Shown here: positions 1 through 19,208 of the stretch, piece after piece
Layout: every line of letters begins with the position of its first letter
Position numbering within the stretch: position 1 is the stretch's first letter
Source of the DNA: the human T2T-CHM13v2.0 reference genome, Homo sapiens
Direction: 5' to 3' (one strand)
Length of the DNA stretch: 64,000 bases
Assembly (NCBI RefSeq): GCF_009914755.1
Contig: NC_060928.1
Notes under the pieces: generated by a model
Seen by the model: only the letters and a program-made list of their open reading frames with translations
Told to the model about the DNA's origin: nothing
Databases searched by the model: none
Position numbers and translations under genes: made by a program

Positions 1-260
1 CTAAAGAGTTATAGCAATTGAGACGATATAATAAGCAGGAGAAGAGCAGTGTTAGCTTGCCATTGAGATTTCAGAGGTGCTACTCTAGTTATTGGTGATG
101 ACAATAAAAGTGTGTGGCAAAGGAGGGGGTAGGGGAAAAGATGGGTAGGCGTGAGAAACCACAGTGCTTGATGACTTCTTTGTGGTTGTTGACATCACCA
201 AGAATGATAGCAGCTTTAGTAGAGGAGGGAAATCCCAAGCTCTGCTGTCTTCATCCTTTG
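1..260 (-). mobile_element. Old L2 LINE fragment (endonuclease region)
   Basis: Minus strand near 185-210 reads atcattcttggtgatgtcaac (I-I-L-G-D-V-N), resembling the APE endonuclease GDFN motif. Highly decayed; boundaries approximate. Confidence 0.45.
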
Positions 261-872
261 TTAAATCAAGATTCAGGTGTTTTTGTTTTTGTCTTTATCC
301 CTTTCAAGTGTTTTAGATTCTGTCAAAAAATAGATTTTTCAAAAAGCAAGTTCCTAAGCTATGGCAAACTATAATGGATTATTTTGTGAGAAAATAAGCC
401 TAAAGGAGAAAATGATCAGAGAAATCTCAGTTAAGGAAGTCAGTGTGGTGGATCTCTCACTTCACATATCCCCTTGGAATAAGAGCTCTTCTGGAGAAGA
501 ACAAGTCTGAAATAAAATGTTGGAAAAAAATCAATAAATGATATTATATGTGAGGCCATATTCTCTCCTGCTGATGCATATTTTTATACTTAGCATCTCC
601 AGAAAACAATGGTATAAATTAAAAAGAGAGGCTAAATAAGGTAGTGTCTATTCAGTTCTTTTTCTGTCACTAGAGAGTTTTTCTAGGGTTACCAAGAATT
701 TATGTTTTGCTCTGTGATGGCTTAAATTTGGTAGAAGAAGCAGTTTGGGTAGCAACGTATCTGTGACATAGTTCCCTAATTAATAGTACTTAGGTCTGCA
801 TCTTTATGCTGAATAGACACAAAGAAAATTATCTGACCTCTATTACTCAAAAAGATAAATTTAACATCTCTA

Positions 873-965
873 AATTTCCAAGATTTCCAAAGATTTCAAG
901 ATTTCCATAGAATTGTTTGGAAATTGTTTGGAAATGAAGATTTCCAAGATTTCCACAGGATTGTT
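873..965. repeat. Cluster of short imperfect tandem repeats (agatttcca; aattgtttgga)
   Basis: agatttcca-like unit occurs about 5 times and aattgtttgga twice. Confidence 0.75.
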
Positions 966-1201
966 ACATTTATTGAGAAAATACAAAATGTATAAAAGCT
1001 GCTTTAAAATTATATAATGTTTTCAAATCAATTTGTATTTAAAGTGATAATTGCAACATGTATGTTTAAATATATACTAAAATTATATATGTATATACAC
1101 ATACACATATATAATTTAAATGCTTTTATTTCTCTGATATAAAATGCTTGGTGCTTATTTGGGTTTGAAAAGTTCTCACAGTCTCCCAGGGAACATGGTC
1201 C

Positions 1202-1755
1202 TGTCAATAAAAAATTGCACAGGACAAAGTTAAACAAGTAAGGAAGACTTTCGTCAAGACTATTGCAATAGGAGAGAGAGATTGAACTCAACTTCTCGGA
1301 AACAAAAGGCAGGGGGGTTTTAAGAGCTGGGCTGAGCTAGTAGAAAAGTACTGGAGGATATTGGGAGGGAGGGTGATAAATGGAATGTGTCAAGTAAATA
1401 GAGTTATTCCTGAGTTTGCAGGAATGTTTTTCTGTGTGATTAGTCCATCTGTGTTTGCTACTTGACAACAAGTAGATTGCTACCCTCCACAGAGACCAGG
1501 AGATAAGGGTGCTATTGTCCTTGGTTACATTTCAAAGGGGTGGCTCCAGGTTCTTGAGAAAGACAGTCCTGGGTGGTAAAACTGTCAAAAGGGTGGCAGA
1601 TTTTACATACATTTCAAAAGGATGAGAAAGAATGTGCAATGACAGGTTTTCTAAATTAAATTCTGTAAGCAAAGGGAGGTCAGAAGCCTATAGTCAAAAA
1701 GAAGTCTGCCTAAAGTTTACTCAAGCTGAGGGCAACTTTAAGGTCATCTGGGTCA
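1202..1755 (-). mobile_element. ERV1-class (MER4-group-like) solo LTR
   Basis: TG...CA termini (tgtcaa...ggtca), flanks gtcc/atcc (3 of 4 TSD match), typical LTR-like sequence. Subfamily not resolved. Confidence 0.65.
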
Positions 1756-2095
1756 ATCCCCAGGTTAAAAACACTGATTTTTAGACTACTTGTTATAGGA
1801 AGCCCACTAGACCAGAATTGAAAGTCCAGAGTTTTAGCATTAGCTTTCCCATGGCTAGCTATAGCTCTTGAGCAGATTGCTTAAACTCTCTAAGCCAGAA
1901 TCTTCAGGATAAAAATATAAATAATTACATCTACTGTGACTATTTATAAGGATTATCATCAGGTTCAAATAAGATAAGGAATACTAGAATAAATGTCTAT
2001 GATGATAATTATTTTATAACAACGGAAAATATTGAATAATTTTTTCACTGTGAACCTAAGACACACTATCTTTCCACATTTCACATTAACTTAAA

Positions 2096-2310
2096 GTAAG
2101 TTCAAGAGACCTATTGTACAACATGGTGACTATAGTTTACAATATATTGTGTTATTGGAAAGTGCTAAGACAGTGGGTGCAAAGTGTTAAAAACGATATG
2201 CATGTGAGGTAATGCATATGTTAACTTTTGTAAGTCATTCCGCAATGTATATATACTTCAGAACAATATGTTTTACATGGTAAATACAATATTTTCTGTC
2301 AGTTAAAAAA
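2096..2310 (+). mobile_element. Old L1M (L1MA/MB-type) 3' end
   Basis: gtaagttcaagagacctattgtacaacatggtgactatagtt...gtgaggtaatgcatatgttaa is typical of an L1M 3'UTR. Confidence 0.75.
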
Positions 2311-2315
2311 GTTTC

Positions 2316-2626
<311 letters not shown>

Positions 2627-2987
2627 TTAACTTGCTGTATAATTACTCTGGTATTAGTCAAAGAGGGAGCTAGTCCTTCCCAAGTTCCTAATATAACAAA
2701 ATGGCAGCACTTAATTAAATTCTTTTTTAAAAAGTTTTATTTTTCCATAAGCTATTGGGGTACAGGTGGTATTTGGTTACATGAGCAAGTTCTTTAGTGG
2801 ATATTTGTGAGAACCTGGTGTACCTATCACCTGAGCAGTATATACTGCACCCTACTTGTTATCTTTTATCCCTCGCCCCCCTCCCACTCTTCCTCCCTAG
2901 TCCTGAAAGGTCACTGTATCATTCTTACGCCTTTGCGTCCTCATAGCTTAGCTCCTACATATAAGTGAGAACATAGAGTGTTTGGTT

Positions 2988-3106
2988 AGTGGGTGCAGCG
3001 CACCAGCATGGTACATGTATACATATGTAACTAACCTGCACAATGTGCACATGTACCCTGAAACTTAAAGTATAATTAAAAAAAAAAACATAAAAAAAAA
3101 AAAAAA
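2988..3106 (+). mobile_element. Very short young L1 (L1HS pre-Ta/L1PA2-like) 3'-terminal insertion
   Basis: agtgggtgcagcgcaccagcatgg...gcacaatgtgcacatgtaccc...cttaaagtataat plus poly(A); perfect 13-bp TSD agagtgtttggtt at 2975-2987 and 3107-3119. Confidence 0.9.
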
Positions 3107-3223
3107 AGAGTGTTTGGTTTTCCATTCCTGAGTTACTTCACTTAGAATAATAGTCTCTAATCTCATCCAGGTCATTGCAAATGCTGTTAATTCATTCCTT
3201 GTTATGGCTGAGTAGTATTCCAT

Positions 3224-3266
3224 TGTGTGTGTGTGTGTGTGTGTCTGTGTGTCTGTGTGTCTGTGT
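3224..3266. repeat. (TG)n/(TGTC) microsatellite
   Basis: Direct inspection. Confidence 0.9.
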
Positions 3267-3288
3267 ATCAGTATATACCTGTTTCTTT

Positions 3289-3586
3289 CTTTCTTTCTTT
3301 CTTTTTGAGATGGACTCTCGCTGTGTCACCCAGGCTAGAGAGCAGTGGTGCGATCTTGGCTCACTGCAACTTCCGCCTCCTGGGTTGAAGCAATTCCTTG
3401 CCTCAGCCTCCCAAGTAGCTGGGGTTACAGGTACACACTACCATGCATGACTAATTTTTGTATTTTTAGTAGAGATGGGATTTCACCATCTTGGACAGGC
3501 TGGTCTTGAACTCCTGACCTCATGATCCACACATCTCGGCCTCCCAACGTGCTGGGATTACAGGCATGAGCCACCGCGTCCCAGCC
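3289..3586 (-). mobile_element. AluS
   Basis: Reverse-strand Alu dimer with (TTTC)n tail; flanking direct repeat gtttcttt. Confidence 0.92.
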
Positions 3587-5789
3587 CAGAGTTTCTTTAT
3601 CCACTGGCTGACCGATGGACATTTGGGTTGGTTCCACAGTTTTGCTATTGTGAATTGTGCTGCTATAAACATGCATGTGCAAGTTATGTTTTACGAATAA
3701 TGACTTCTTTTCCCCTGGGTAGATACCCAGTATTGGGATTGCTGGATCAAATGGTAGTACTATTTTTAGTTATTTAAGGAATCTCCACACTGTTTTCCAT
3801 AGCGGTTGTACTAGTTCACATTCCCACCAGCAGTGTAGAAGTGCTCCCTGTTCACCACATCCATGCCAGCATCTACTGTTTTTTGATTCTTTGATTATGG
3901 CCATTCTTACAGAAGTAAGGTAGGATTGCATTGTGGTTTTGATTTGCATATCCTGGATCATCAGTGATGTTGAGCATCTTTTCATATGTTTGTTGGCCAT
4001 TTGTCTATCTTCTTTTAAAATTGTCTATTGATGTCCTTTTCCCACTTTTTGATGGGATTGTCTTTTTCTTACTGATTTGTTTGAGTTCGTTGTAGATTCT
4101 GGATATTAGTCCTTTGTCAGATGTATAGATTGTGAAGATTTTCTCCCCCTCTGTGCACTGTCTGTTTACTCTGCTGACTGTTCCTTTTGCCATGCAAAAG
4201 CTCTTTAGTTTAATTAGGTCCCAGCTATTTATCTTTGTTTTTACTGCAATTGCTTTTGGGTTTTTGGTCATGAAATCCTTGCCTCAGCCAATGTCTAGAA
4301 GGGTTTTTCCAATGTCATCTTCTAGAATTTTTATAGTTTCAGATCTTAGGTTTAAGTCCTTAATCCATCTGAGTTGATTTTTGTGTAAGGTGAGAAATGA
4401 GGATCCAGTTTCATTCTCCTGCATGTGGCTAGCCAATTATCCCAGCACCATTTGTTGAAAAGGGAGTCGTTTCCCCACTTTAAGTTTGTGTTTGCTTTGT
4501 CAAAGATCAGATGGCTGTAAGTATTTGGGTTTATTTCTGGGTTCTTTATTCTGTTCCATTGGTCTATGTGCCAATTTTTATACCACTACCCTGCTGTTTT
4601 GGTGACTATGGCCTTATAGTATACTTTGAAATCAGGTAGCGTGATGCCTCCAGATTTGTTCTTTTTGCTTAGTCTTGCTTTGGCTCTGTGGGCTCTTTTT
4701 TGGTTCCATATGAATTTTAGGATTGTTTTTTCTAATTCTGTGAAGAATGATGGCGGTATTTTGATGGAGATTGCATTGAATTTTTAGATTGTTTTTGGCA
4801 GTATGGTCATTTTCACAATATTGATTCTACCCATCCATGATCATGGGATGTGTTTCCATTTGTTTGTGTTGTCTATTTCTTTTAGCAGTGTTTTGTAGTT
4901 TTCCTTGTAGAGGTCTTTTGACTCCTTTGTTAGGTATATGCCTAAGATTTTTATTTTTTATTTTTTGTCAGCTATTGTAAAAGGGGTTGAGTTCTTGATT
5001 TGATTCTCTGGTCACTCTTGGTGTATAGAAGAGCTACTGATTTGTGTACATTAATCTTGTATCTGGAAACTTTGTGGAATTAGTTTATCAGTTCTAGGAG
5101 CTTTCTGGAGGAGTCCTCAGGGTTTTCTAAGTAAATGATCATATCGTCAGCAAACAGGGACAGTTTGACTTCCTCTTTACTGATTTGGATACCCTTTATC
5201 TCTTTCTCTTGTCAGATTGCTATGGCTAAGACTTACAGTACTAGACCTTCAATCTATTTTAATTAGCAAAACACAAATGGTGTGAATGTTGCAGAGGCTC
5301 TGGACACAACTTCTGGGTTAGAGTTGTGGACTAGATTGGATTCCTGGACTAAAGAGTCTTTATTGCTACCAAGGCCTCAGAGCACTGTCAGTGTTGCGAT
5401 CTACATAGAGGAAACATTCTCCAGGAGAGTAGAGGACTCAGAATTTACACTACCATCTGGAAGAAAGGACATAAATCATGCTGAGTGTGGGTGAGTGCTT
5501 CCCACTCTGTTGGTAACTGTTGAGGTGCTTCCAGAGAAGGAAAGAGAGATGTTTGTGTTGTTTTCTACATCCAAAAGTTTTGGACTCTACTGAGGCTACT
5601 TCTCTCTTGCTTCTTTAATTTAGGGTGGTGTGGTAAATGAGACACACTGAACCAAGATCTCCCAATAGTCATCCATTCTTCCTGGTAAGAGATGATAAAG
5701 CCAAATCCCAATTGATCCTTTCTAAATGAGGGTGAAGAGAAAAGGCAACATCAAAACCATTAAACTTAGGCACTACAGCATGAAGCAGT

Positions 5790-5930
5790 GAAGGTCAAAG
5801 CTGGGTGTCCCGTAATCTATTCTCCTATCCCAACTCTACCCCTAGTTAGCTGTATGCCTTTGGTAGGCCTTTCTGTTCTGAGCAATGTTTTCATCATCTA
5901 AGAAAAAGAAGATGTTGGATAAGATCATGT
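5790..5930 (+). mobile_element. MIR fragment
   Basis: tagctgtatgcctttgg...gttttcatcatctaagaaaaagaagatgttgga resembles the MIR core. Confidence 0.5.
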
Positions 5931-6376
5931 AACTGATCTAAAGCTGATTGAGTATGCATCTGAGAATTTTGCTGATCATTTTTCAGAATCCACTCTGTCA
6001 ACCTCTGCATTCTCCTCTGCATGGGGTGACTGCCTCTTCTGATTTTACTGATCATAATCTATTTGTGACTTTGGGCAAGTGGTCACCCAAGACATGGGAT
6101 GATTCTTTTGTTATTACATCTATCACCTCTGTCTGCCAGCTGTTGACTATTTGTTAGCTAAGCCCATCTTTCTGGATACTCAAATCTCATTCCTCAATGA
6201 GAAGTTATATGTGAAGACATGGCCAAGAGCTTTAGATGAACATGATTAATTTTATTATCTTTTTCTGTAATTCTAAGTTTTCTACATCATAATGAAGATA
6301 AAGCAATCACTTTTGTTTTGTTGAACATCATGCTAATGAGGAGTCTTTTGGGGTTATAAGAAATTCCTCCAAAACC

Positions 6377-12253
<5,877 letters not shown>

Positions 12254-13407
12254 AAGAAATTCCACCAAAACCTCTTGCATAATGTGCATAAAACTAATAC
12301 CTCCTCAATTCTCCTGCCTATGTGTTCTTGACATTCTCCCTTTTAATATTCCTCCTCTAGTAATGTTCAGCTTGCTTTTCAGTTTTAATTTTAAGCAGAG
12401 GAAACCAAGAAAAGGTATTTTTAGGGTTATAATGAAAAGAGTCATAAAAGAGACACGACTTTTCAGTGTAAGATGAGATGGGTTGTCATAGATAGAAGCA
12501 GGAATTTAAAAGGCCTTATGTTTCAGCTTCACGTGGCACACTTCTGAGGCTGTTGGTGTCATCTCACTGCAAATGGGCAGCACTGGCTTTAGTCAACTGA
12601 GACAAAGATGAGTGCTCAATGATGTTAGACCATTTTTATCATTATCTGTCTCTCTCTTCTCACTTTCTCCCACCTGTCTCTCCTCTCCCCACCCCATGCT
12701 CTTTCACACAGACACTTCTGTGTTACACTAGCATTTTATAAATCTTAGAGAAGAAAGAGTGCTAAGAAAAACACTTGCTGAATGACATCCTCTCTTAACT
12801 AATATTTAAAATTCCACCATTGAAATGATTGTTCCATGGCAGGCAATTTTACTGCAGGTTCTTCCATAAAGTATTAAATTAATAGAACAAAACTTTATGC
12901 ATTATTATAATAAAAATAAGAAAAAGTACCTAAGTTACTGCATGATGAAAGTGACAACAAATGCCTTCTCTGGCAATAAGAAAATTAAATTTGTAATTAA
13001 CTCTGCATTAATCCGTCATATTTTCTTTCTTGAGATACCCCAGGAGCTAGAATTTTTCCCATGTGATTTCAAACATTTCTTACACTGAATGACATTGAAT
13101 TTTTGTTGCTTTCAAATAAATCAATATGTTCTTTAGATCTTTTGGACTATTTCCTTGGTTTTCTGACTAACCTCCAGAGGAAATGAAATGATATTTTCTT
13201 TATAACCAGAGTTGAATGTTGCACTTTATAACCAGAGTGGTGCAAACATAACTACAGCAACCAACACCAACGTAATAAGTTTTGTAACAATTAGAGAAGA
13301 GGAAGTTCCTTTTTTACACTATCAAAACATTCATGCTTGCTCCATTCCTTTGTGTGTGTGCATACATGAATGTTTTAATTTTCTTTATTATTACTTTTTA
13401 TTTTGCA

Positions 13408-13485
13408 GACTACAAGCCATTCAAAGAAAGAGGCCATATCTGTCTTGTTTATTGCTAGATCCCCACGTGTCCAGAATTGCTTATC
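13408..13485 (+). mobile_element. L2 3'-end fragment
   Basis: gactacaagccattc...ccatatctgtcttgtttattgctagatcccca resembles the L2 3' terminus. Confidence 0.5.
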
Positions 13486-13529
13486 AAATAAGAGAATGAT
13501 GTAATTCCTGCAATTCTGCCTAAACCTAT

Positions 13530-13550
13530 GCACATACATACACATATACA

Positions 13551-13583
<33 letters not shown>
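13530..13583. repeat. (CA)n microsatellite
   Basis: Long ca run at about 13552-13582. Confidence 0.9.
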
Positions 13584-13584
<1 letters not shown>

Positions 13585-14014
13585 ACTATCTGTATATATA
13601 TTTGTTGCAACTACACATTTAAATTTTGCTCATGGAGTACATCTTCTATCCCAATGAAAGTATATAAATGTTATATTTAAGAGTTACTCTTATAGGAGAG
13701 AAGGTAGTGAGGAAAAGGTGTGAAGATTGGAATAGCTCAAGGCTAGGTATAACATGGTTTAATGAAATTCACAGTTACTTCACAGTCTTACTGTAAGCAA
13801 TAGTTTCAGCATTTTTAATCTTTAAACCTCCATTTAGAATACTAAAAATAATTATTTTCTAAATATTTCCACATTTTCTCAGAGGAGAGGGCAATCCATT
13901 TACATGTACTATGAGTACATCAGCGGAGGGGAGGGAAGAACAAATAACTCTCTGTGCACAGCATACACTGGATTATCATCCCACTGGGAATCCTTAGCCA
14001 GATAAAGAGGAAAA

Positions 14015-14220
14015 TGCATAGGCTTTGGAGTCAGACAGATTCTGATTTAGCTGCTGGCTATAATATACTTTCTCATTGACAAGTCTTGGTCAAATCACTC
14101 TGAGCTGCAGCTTCCTCTTTGGAAAAAGAGGGATTATAATGCCCATTTCAAGGGAAGTTGTGAGGATTAAAGGTGATGGAGGAAAAGCACCTAACATAAT
14201 TCACAACATATGGCAGAAAG
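14015..14220 (+). mobile_element. MIR
   Basis: ggctttggagtcagacag...tctgagctgcagcttcctc...gttgtgaggattaaa. Confidence 0.8.
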
Positions 14221-14570
14221 TTACTAATTATTCCTTTTGTGTCTCTTACCTTTGTCAAGGAGGAAGTTCTTTTCTAAATCGATTCAGTTAAATATATTGC
14301 TCATATTTTCTGATAAGTCTTTGAACACAAAGGGTCACTATATTTAGCAGTTTGTGATATCTCTATTAAAGTGAGCATCACTTTCCAGTGTCATTGTTCA
14401 TTTGAGGACCCGCTACATGGTCCACACTCTAAATGTCTCCAGGGCCACTTTCTGTATCCCACTAGCTCCATGCCTGCCCATAGTGGGTACTCTAAATGTA
14501 CTTTAAGCAACTTTAGTATAAAGATAATTTAGAGGATATAATGAGATAAAATACATCCTTATAATACTCA

Positions 14571-15080
<510 letters not shown>

Positions 15081-15089
15081 CCCAGTGAT

Positions 15090-15270
15090 TGGTGGTTATC
15101 AAATCATGCTTCTTAGACTAGCTGCTTAGAAATCACTGAGGGGGTTTGCGGGTGGGAGGATATTTTGTGAAATGTGGATTCTCAAAACAAGAGAACCAAA
15201 ATCTCTGGGAATGAAGCCCAACCATCTGCATTTTTGTGTGCCTAAGACATTTGAAACGTACATCAGGAAA
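15090..15270. mobile_element. Second MER5-like fragment
   Basis: agaaatcactgaggggg...aaaatctctgggaatgaagcccaaccatctgcatttt. Confidence 0.5.
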
Positions 15271-15363
15271 TTTCTAGACCCGTGTGCTAAACAATCAGAA
15301 GAGCCTTTAATTTCAGAGATTAATTGTTCAGTAAGAGGAGGTGCATTAGAATCTCCTGAAGAG

Positions 15364-15675
<312 letters not shown>

Positions 15676-16095
15676 TTATCTTCAAAATAACCACCGCTTC
15701 CTAAATTTTAATGTGCCTTTAGAAAAGGAGGGGAGAGTCTCTCTGTTGAATTGTAAAAGCAATTTAGAAGATTCTGATAAACTACCCCACACTACCTCAG
15801 GAGACACTGTATTTCAGTATTTTAACTAGTCTAGGAAGAAATCATATGACATGCCATTTAAAAAGTTTTGTCTTTCTGCTAATAACCACTTTACTGAAAA
15901 AAATGTTCCTCTATATTTTAGTTAGCAACTAGGATATAAATGGGATAAATCAATAGTGAAGTTTGTTCTGCAGAGACAAATACTTTATCTTTTATAAATC
16001 CTATCTATCCTAATAAACAATGCAAAAAATAGAGCCTCTACTGATTGATTCAAAAAGGATCTACAGTTTTCTACATCAACTTAATTTCAACTTAA

Positions 16096-16642
16096 GTGTT
16101 CATCAATGGACAAATGGATGAAAAAAATGTGGTATATGTACACAGGAAATACTGTTTGGTCATAAAAATAATAAAATTCCATCATTTGCAGCAACATGGA
16201 AGGAACTAGAGGTTATTATTTTAAGTGAAGTCAGACACAGACACATGTTGCATGTTCTCACTCACATGTAGGAACTAAAAAAGTTAATCTCATGGAGGTA
16301 GAGAGTAGAATGATAGGTACCAGAGGCTGGGAAGGGTGTGTGTTGAGGGCAGGGGGATGACGAGAGCTTGGTCAATGTGTACAAACATAGTTAAATAGAA
16401 AGAATAAGTTCCAATGTTTAATAGCAGGGTAGAGTAACTGTAGTTAGCAAAAAAGTATTGTGTATTTCAAAATAGCTAGAAGTAAGGACTTGAAATGTTC
16501 CCAATATGTAGACATGAATACTTGAGGTGATAGATACCCTAAATACTCTAATTTGACCATTACACATCCTATACATGTAACAAAATACCAAATGTACACC
16601 ATAAAAATGTACAAATATTAGTATATCAATTTTTCTAAAAAA
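16096..16642 (+). mobile_element. L1MA-type 3' end
   Basis: ORF2 C-terminal remnant and 3'UTR (catttgcagcaacatggaaggaactagagg...gagagtagaatgataggtaccagaggctgggaaggg). Confidence 0.85.
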
Positions 16643-16927
16643 GGCTTATGCTTAGAAATGAACCCATTGGCTGCATTTGTAATGAAAACTGTCATTCCTA
16701 AACTGTTAGAGAACAGTGGAGCAACCAAATGCTGTGCATTACTTATTAAACTCATTATGTTACAAAAGAAGTGACTGCCTTTTTCTCAAACACAATTTTA
16801 AGGAGGATCTGAAAGTGCCTCAAAGCAGCCACTAAGGTAAGTGAATATAATGTTCAGTACTTTTCACCAATAAGGTCAGTATAAGTATACTGATCTAAAA
16901 CTCTAAGCTCCTAATCTAAAACTCTGA

Positions 16928-17241
16928 GGCTGGACGCAGTGGCTCACACCTGTAATCAAAGCACTTTGGGAGGCCGAGGCAGATGGATCACTTGAAGTCA
17001 GGAGTTGGAGATCAGCCTTGCCAACATGGGGAAACCTTCTTTCTACTAAAAATATCAAAATTAGCCAGGTGTGTTGGTGGGTGCATGTAATCCCAACTAC
17101 TCAGGAGGTTGAGGGAGGAGAATCCCTTGAACCTGAGAGGTGGAGGTTGCAGTGAGCCTAGATTGTACCACTGCACTCCAGCCTGGGTGACAGAGTGAGT
17201 CTCCATCTCAAAAAAAAACACAAAAAACAACAACAAAAAAA
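16928..17241 (+). mobile_element. AluS
   Basis: Full dimer with A/CAA tail; flanking ctctga repeat. Confidence 0.92.
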
Positions 17242-18499
17242 CCTCTCTGAGAACAACTCTTTTTCTTTTAATTTTTCTCAAAAAAAGGTGAGAAATGAAA
17301 ATATGATATATATTAGAAGCAAAAATATTAGTGACGATGCATTATCATGGCAAATAATTTTAAATTCACATAGTATTTCTTCTTGAAAGTATGATGTATT
17401 TCCAAATCATTGACGTGTGTGTGTCTGTAAATATCCATTTAAATTCGTGTAAATATATCTACCTATTATCTATCTATCTGTGCTTACCAATGTTTTTGGA
17501 ATTTTGACACTCCATGGCCATTCCTGCATACAAACTTCGAAATGTATCACAAGGCATTTATATCTACTAAAGTAACTTTTAAAGTTATTTTTGTTTTTTG
17601 AGAATGTGACATTTGATGACGATCTAAAATAATTGGAAGCATCATAGAATATTAAAGAGCAAGCAAGGACCACATGGGGAAAATTCTGCACTGGGAATTA
17701 TTCCTTAACTCAGCATACAAATGGGCTTCTCTGCTTAGTTGCATTATCTGGCCTGCTAATGGGATAACGTTAAATGTTGCAGTAAAGTCCATGAGTAAAG
17801 CCTTGGGCGGGCTTCATACCTGTAGCTTTTTTGAAAGGCCTCCTATATTAGTAGAAACATATTTGAGAGAATATTTATTTCCAAATCTATGGTAAAAATT
17901 ACTAAATGTTGTTTGAGTGTGAAAGATCTAAATCTGGATGATCTCTTAGGGACCCATCTACTACTTTCCCCAGCCTTCTCTTCCCCTTCCTCCAGGTAGA
18001 TGATATTGTTAGGGAAAGGAGAGTGAATGCTGCATTTCAGGATCTGGGAAACGGGAGGCAGAGAGGAAAAAACTTGATGTTGGATTGTTCATCTGAAGAT
18101 ATCTTTTCTCCCTGTCTGTAACATGTCTTTTCATCTTCTTAACAGGGATTTTCACAGAGCTAAAGTTTTTAGTTTTGATGAAGTTTAATTTATTGATTAT
18201 TTTTCTTCTATGGGTTGTACTTTTCGTGTGACATGTGAGAAGTCTTCACCAAGCACTATTTTCCAAAGATTTTTATCCAATAATTTGTTCCAAAAGTTTT
18301 ATGGTTTTACATTTTATGTTTTAATCTGTGATGTATTTTGCATTAATTTTTGCATAAGCTGTGAGTTTTGGGTTAGGTTCAATTATTATTATTATGTTTT
18401 TTTGCCAATGCACGTCCAATTCCTCTAGCACTATTTGTTAAAAAGACTATCTGACCTCCATTGAATTGCTTTTGCATCTTTGTCCAAAATCGTTGGCCA

Positions 18500-18985
18500 T
18501 CATATTACTTTCCTACTGCTGCTGTAAAAAGTCACCACTTACAGCAGTGACTTAAAATAACACAAAATTACTATCTCATACTCCTGGAGGTCCAAAATAC
18601 GAAACGAACCTCCATGGGCTAAATCAAGGTATTGGCAAGGCTGCATTCTTTCTGGAGGCTCTATAGAAGAACCTCTTGCTTTTTCTAACTTTGAGAGGCT
18701 ACCTGCATTCTTTAGCTCATGGTCCCTTCCTCCATCTTCAAAGCTAACAGCATCGCATCTCAATTTTTTCTCTGACTCTGAACCTCCTGCCTCCCCTTTT
18801 CACTTATAAGAATACCTGTGATTACAGTGGTCTTTGCTGACTAATCCAAGATAAACTCTTTCTTTTAAGATCCTTAATTTAAACACACCTACAAAGTCCC
18901 TTTACCATGTAACCTAACTTAATCACAGATTCCAGGAACTGGATGTGGCTATTGCAGGGGGAAGGGGCATTATTCTGACTATAAT
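18500..18985 (-). mobile_element. MLT1 (ERVL-MaLR) LTR
   Basis: gctgctgtaa...gacttaaaataacacaaa...ttggcaaggctgcattctttctggaggctct...ccttcctccatcttcaaagc. Confidence 0.8.
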
Positions 18986-19120
18986 AGCTGTACTTTTGTG
19001 AGACTATTTCTGGGTTCTCTATTTTTTTCCATTCATCAATGTGTTTATCCCTTTGCCAATACCATGTAGTCTTGATTACTGTAGCTATATAATAAGTCTT
19101 GAAATCAGGTAGGTTGATTC

Positions 19121-19208
19121 CTAAAATAATTTTGAAATTATTATTTCAAAGAGAATTGTAATTAATTTTATAATTCTCTTTGAAATAATAATTTCAAAAT
19201 TATTTTAG
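19121..19208. repeat. 88-bp near-perfect palindrome (41-bp arms, 6-nt loop)
   Basis: Arm 19121-19161 is the reverse complement of 19168-19208 with one mismatch. Confidence 0.92.

Larger units (their letters stand above)
2722..5243 (-). mobile_element. 5'-truncated L1 (L1PB-like): 3'UTR plus 3' half of ORF2, degraded
   Basis: Minus-strand ORF2 fragments ([26 protein letters not shown]; MANKHMKRCSTSL) and 3'UTR starting at a T-rich tract near 2722. Interrupted by a young L1 fragment, a microsatellite and an Alu. Confidence 0.92.

Noticed and set aside
13381-13499. Strong-looking acceptor tttttattttgcag and 95-aa ORF
   Set aside because: Downstream sequence resembles an L2 3' end; no matching donor or recognisable peptide.
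16803-16842. Consensus donor aag|gtaagt
   Set aside because: Only a weak upstream acceptor and a very short putative exon; expected by chance in 64 kb.
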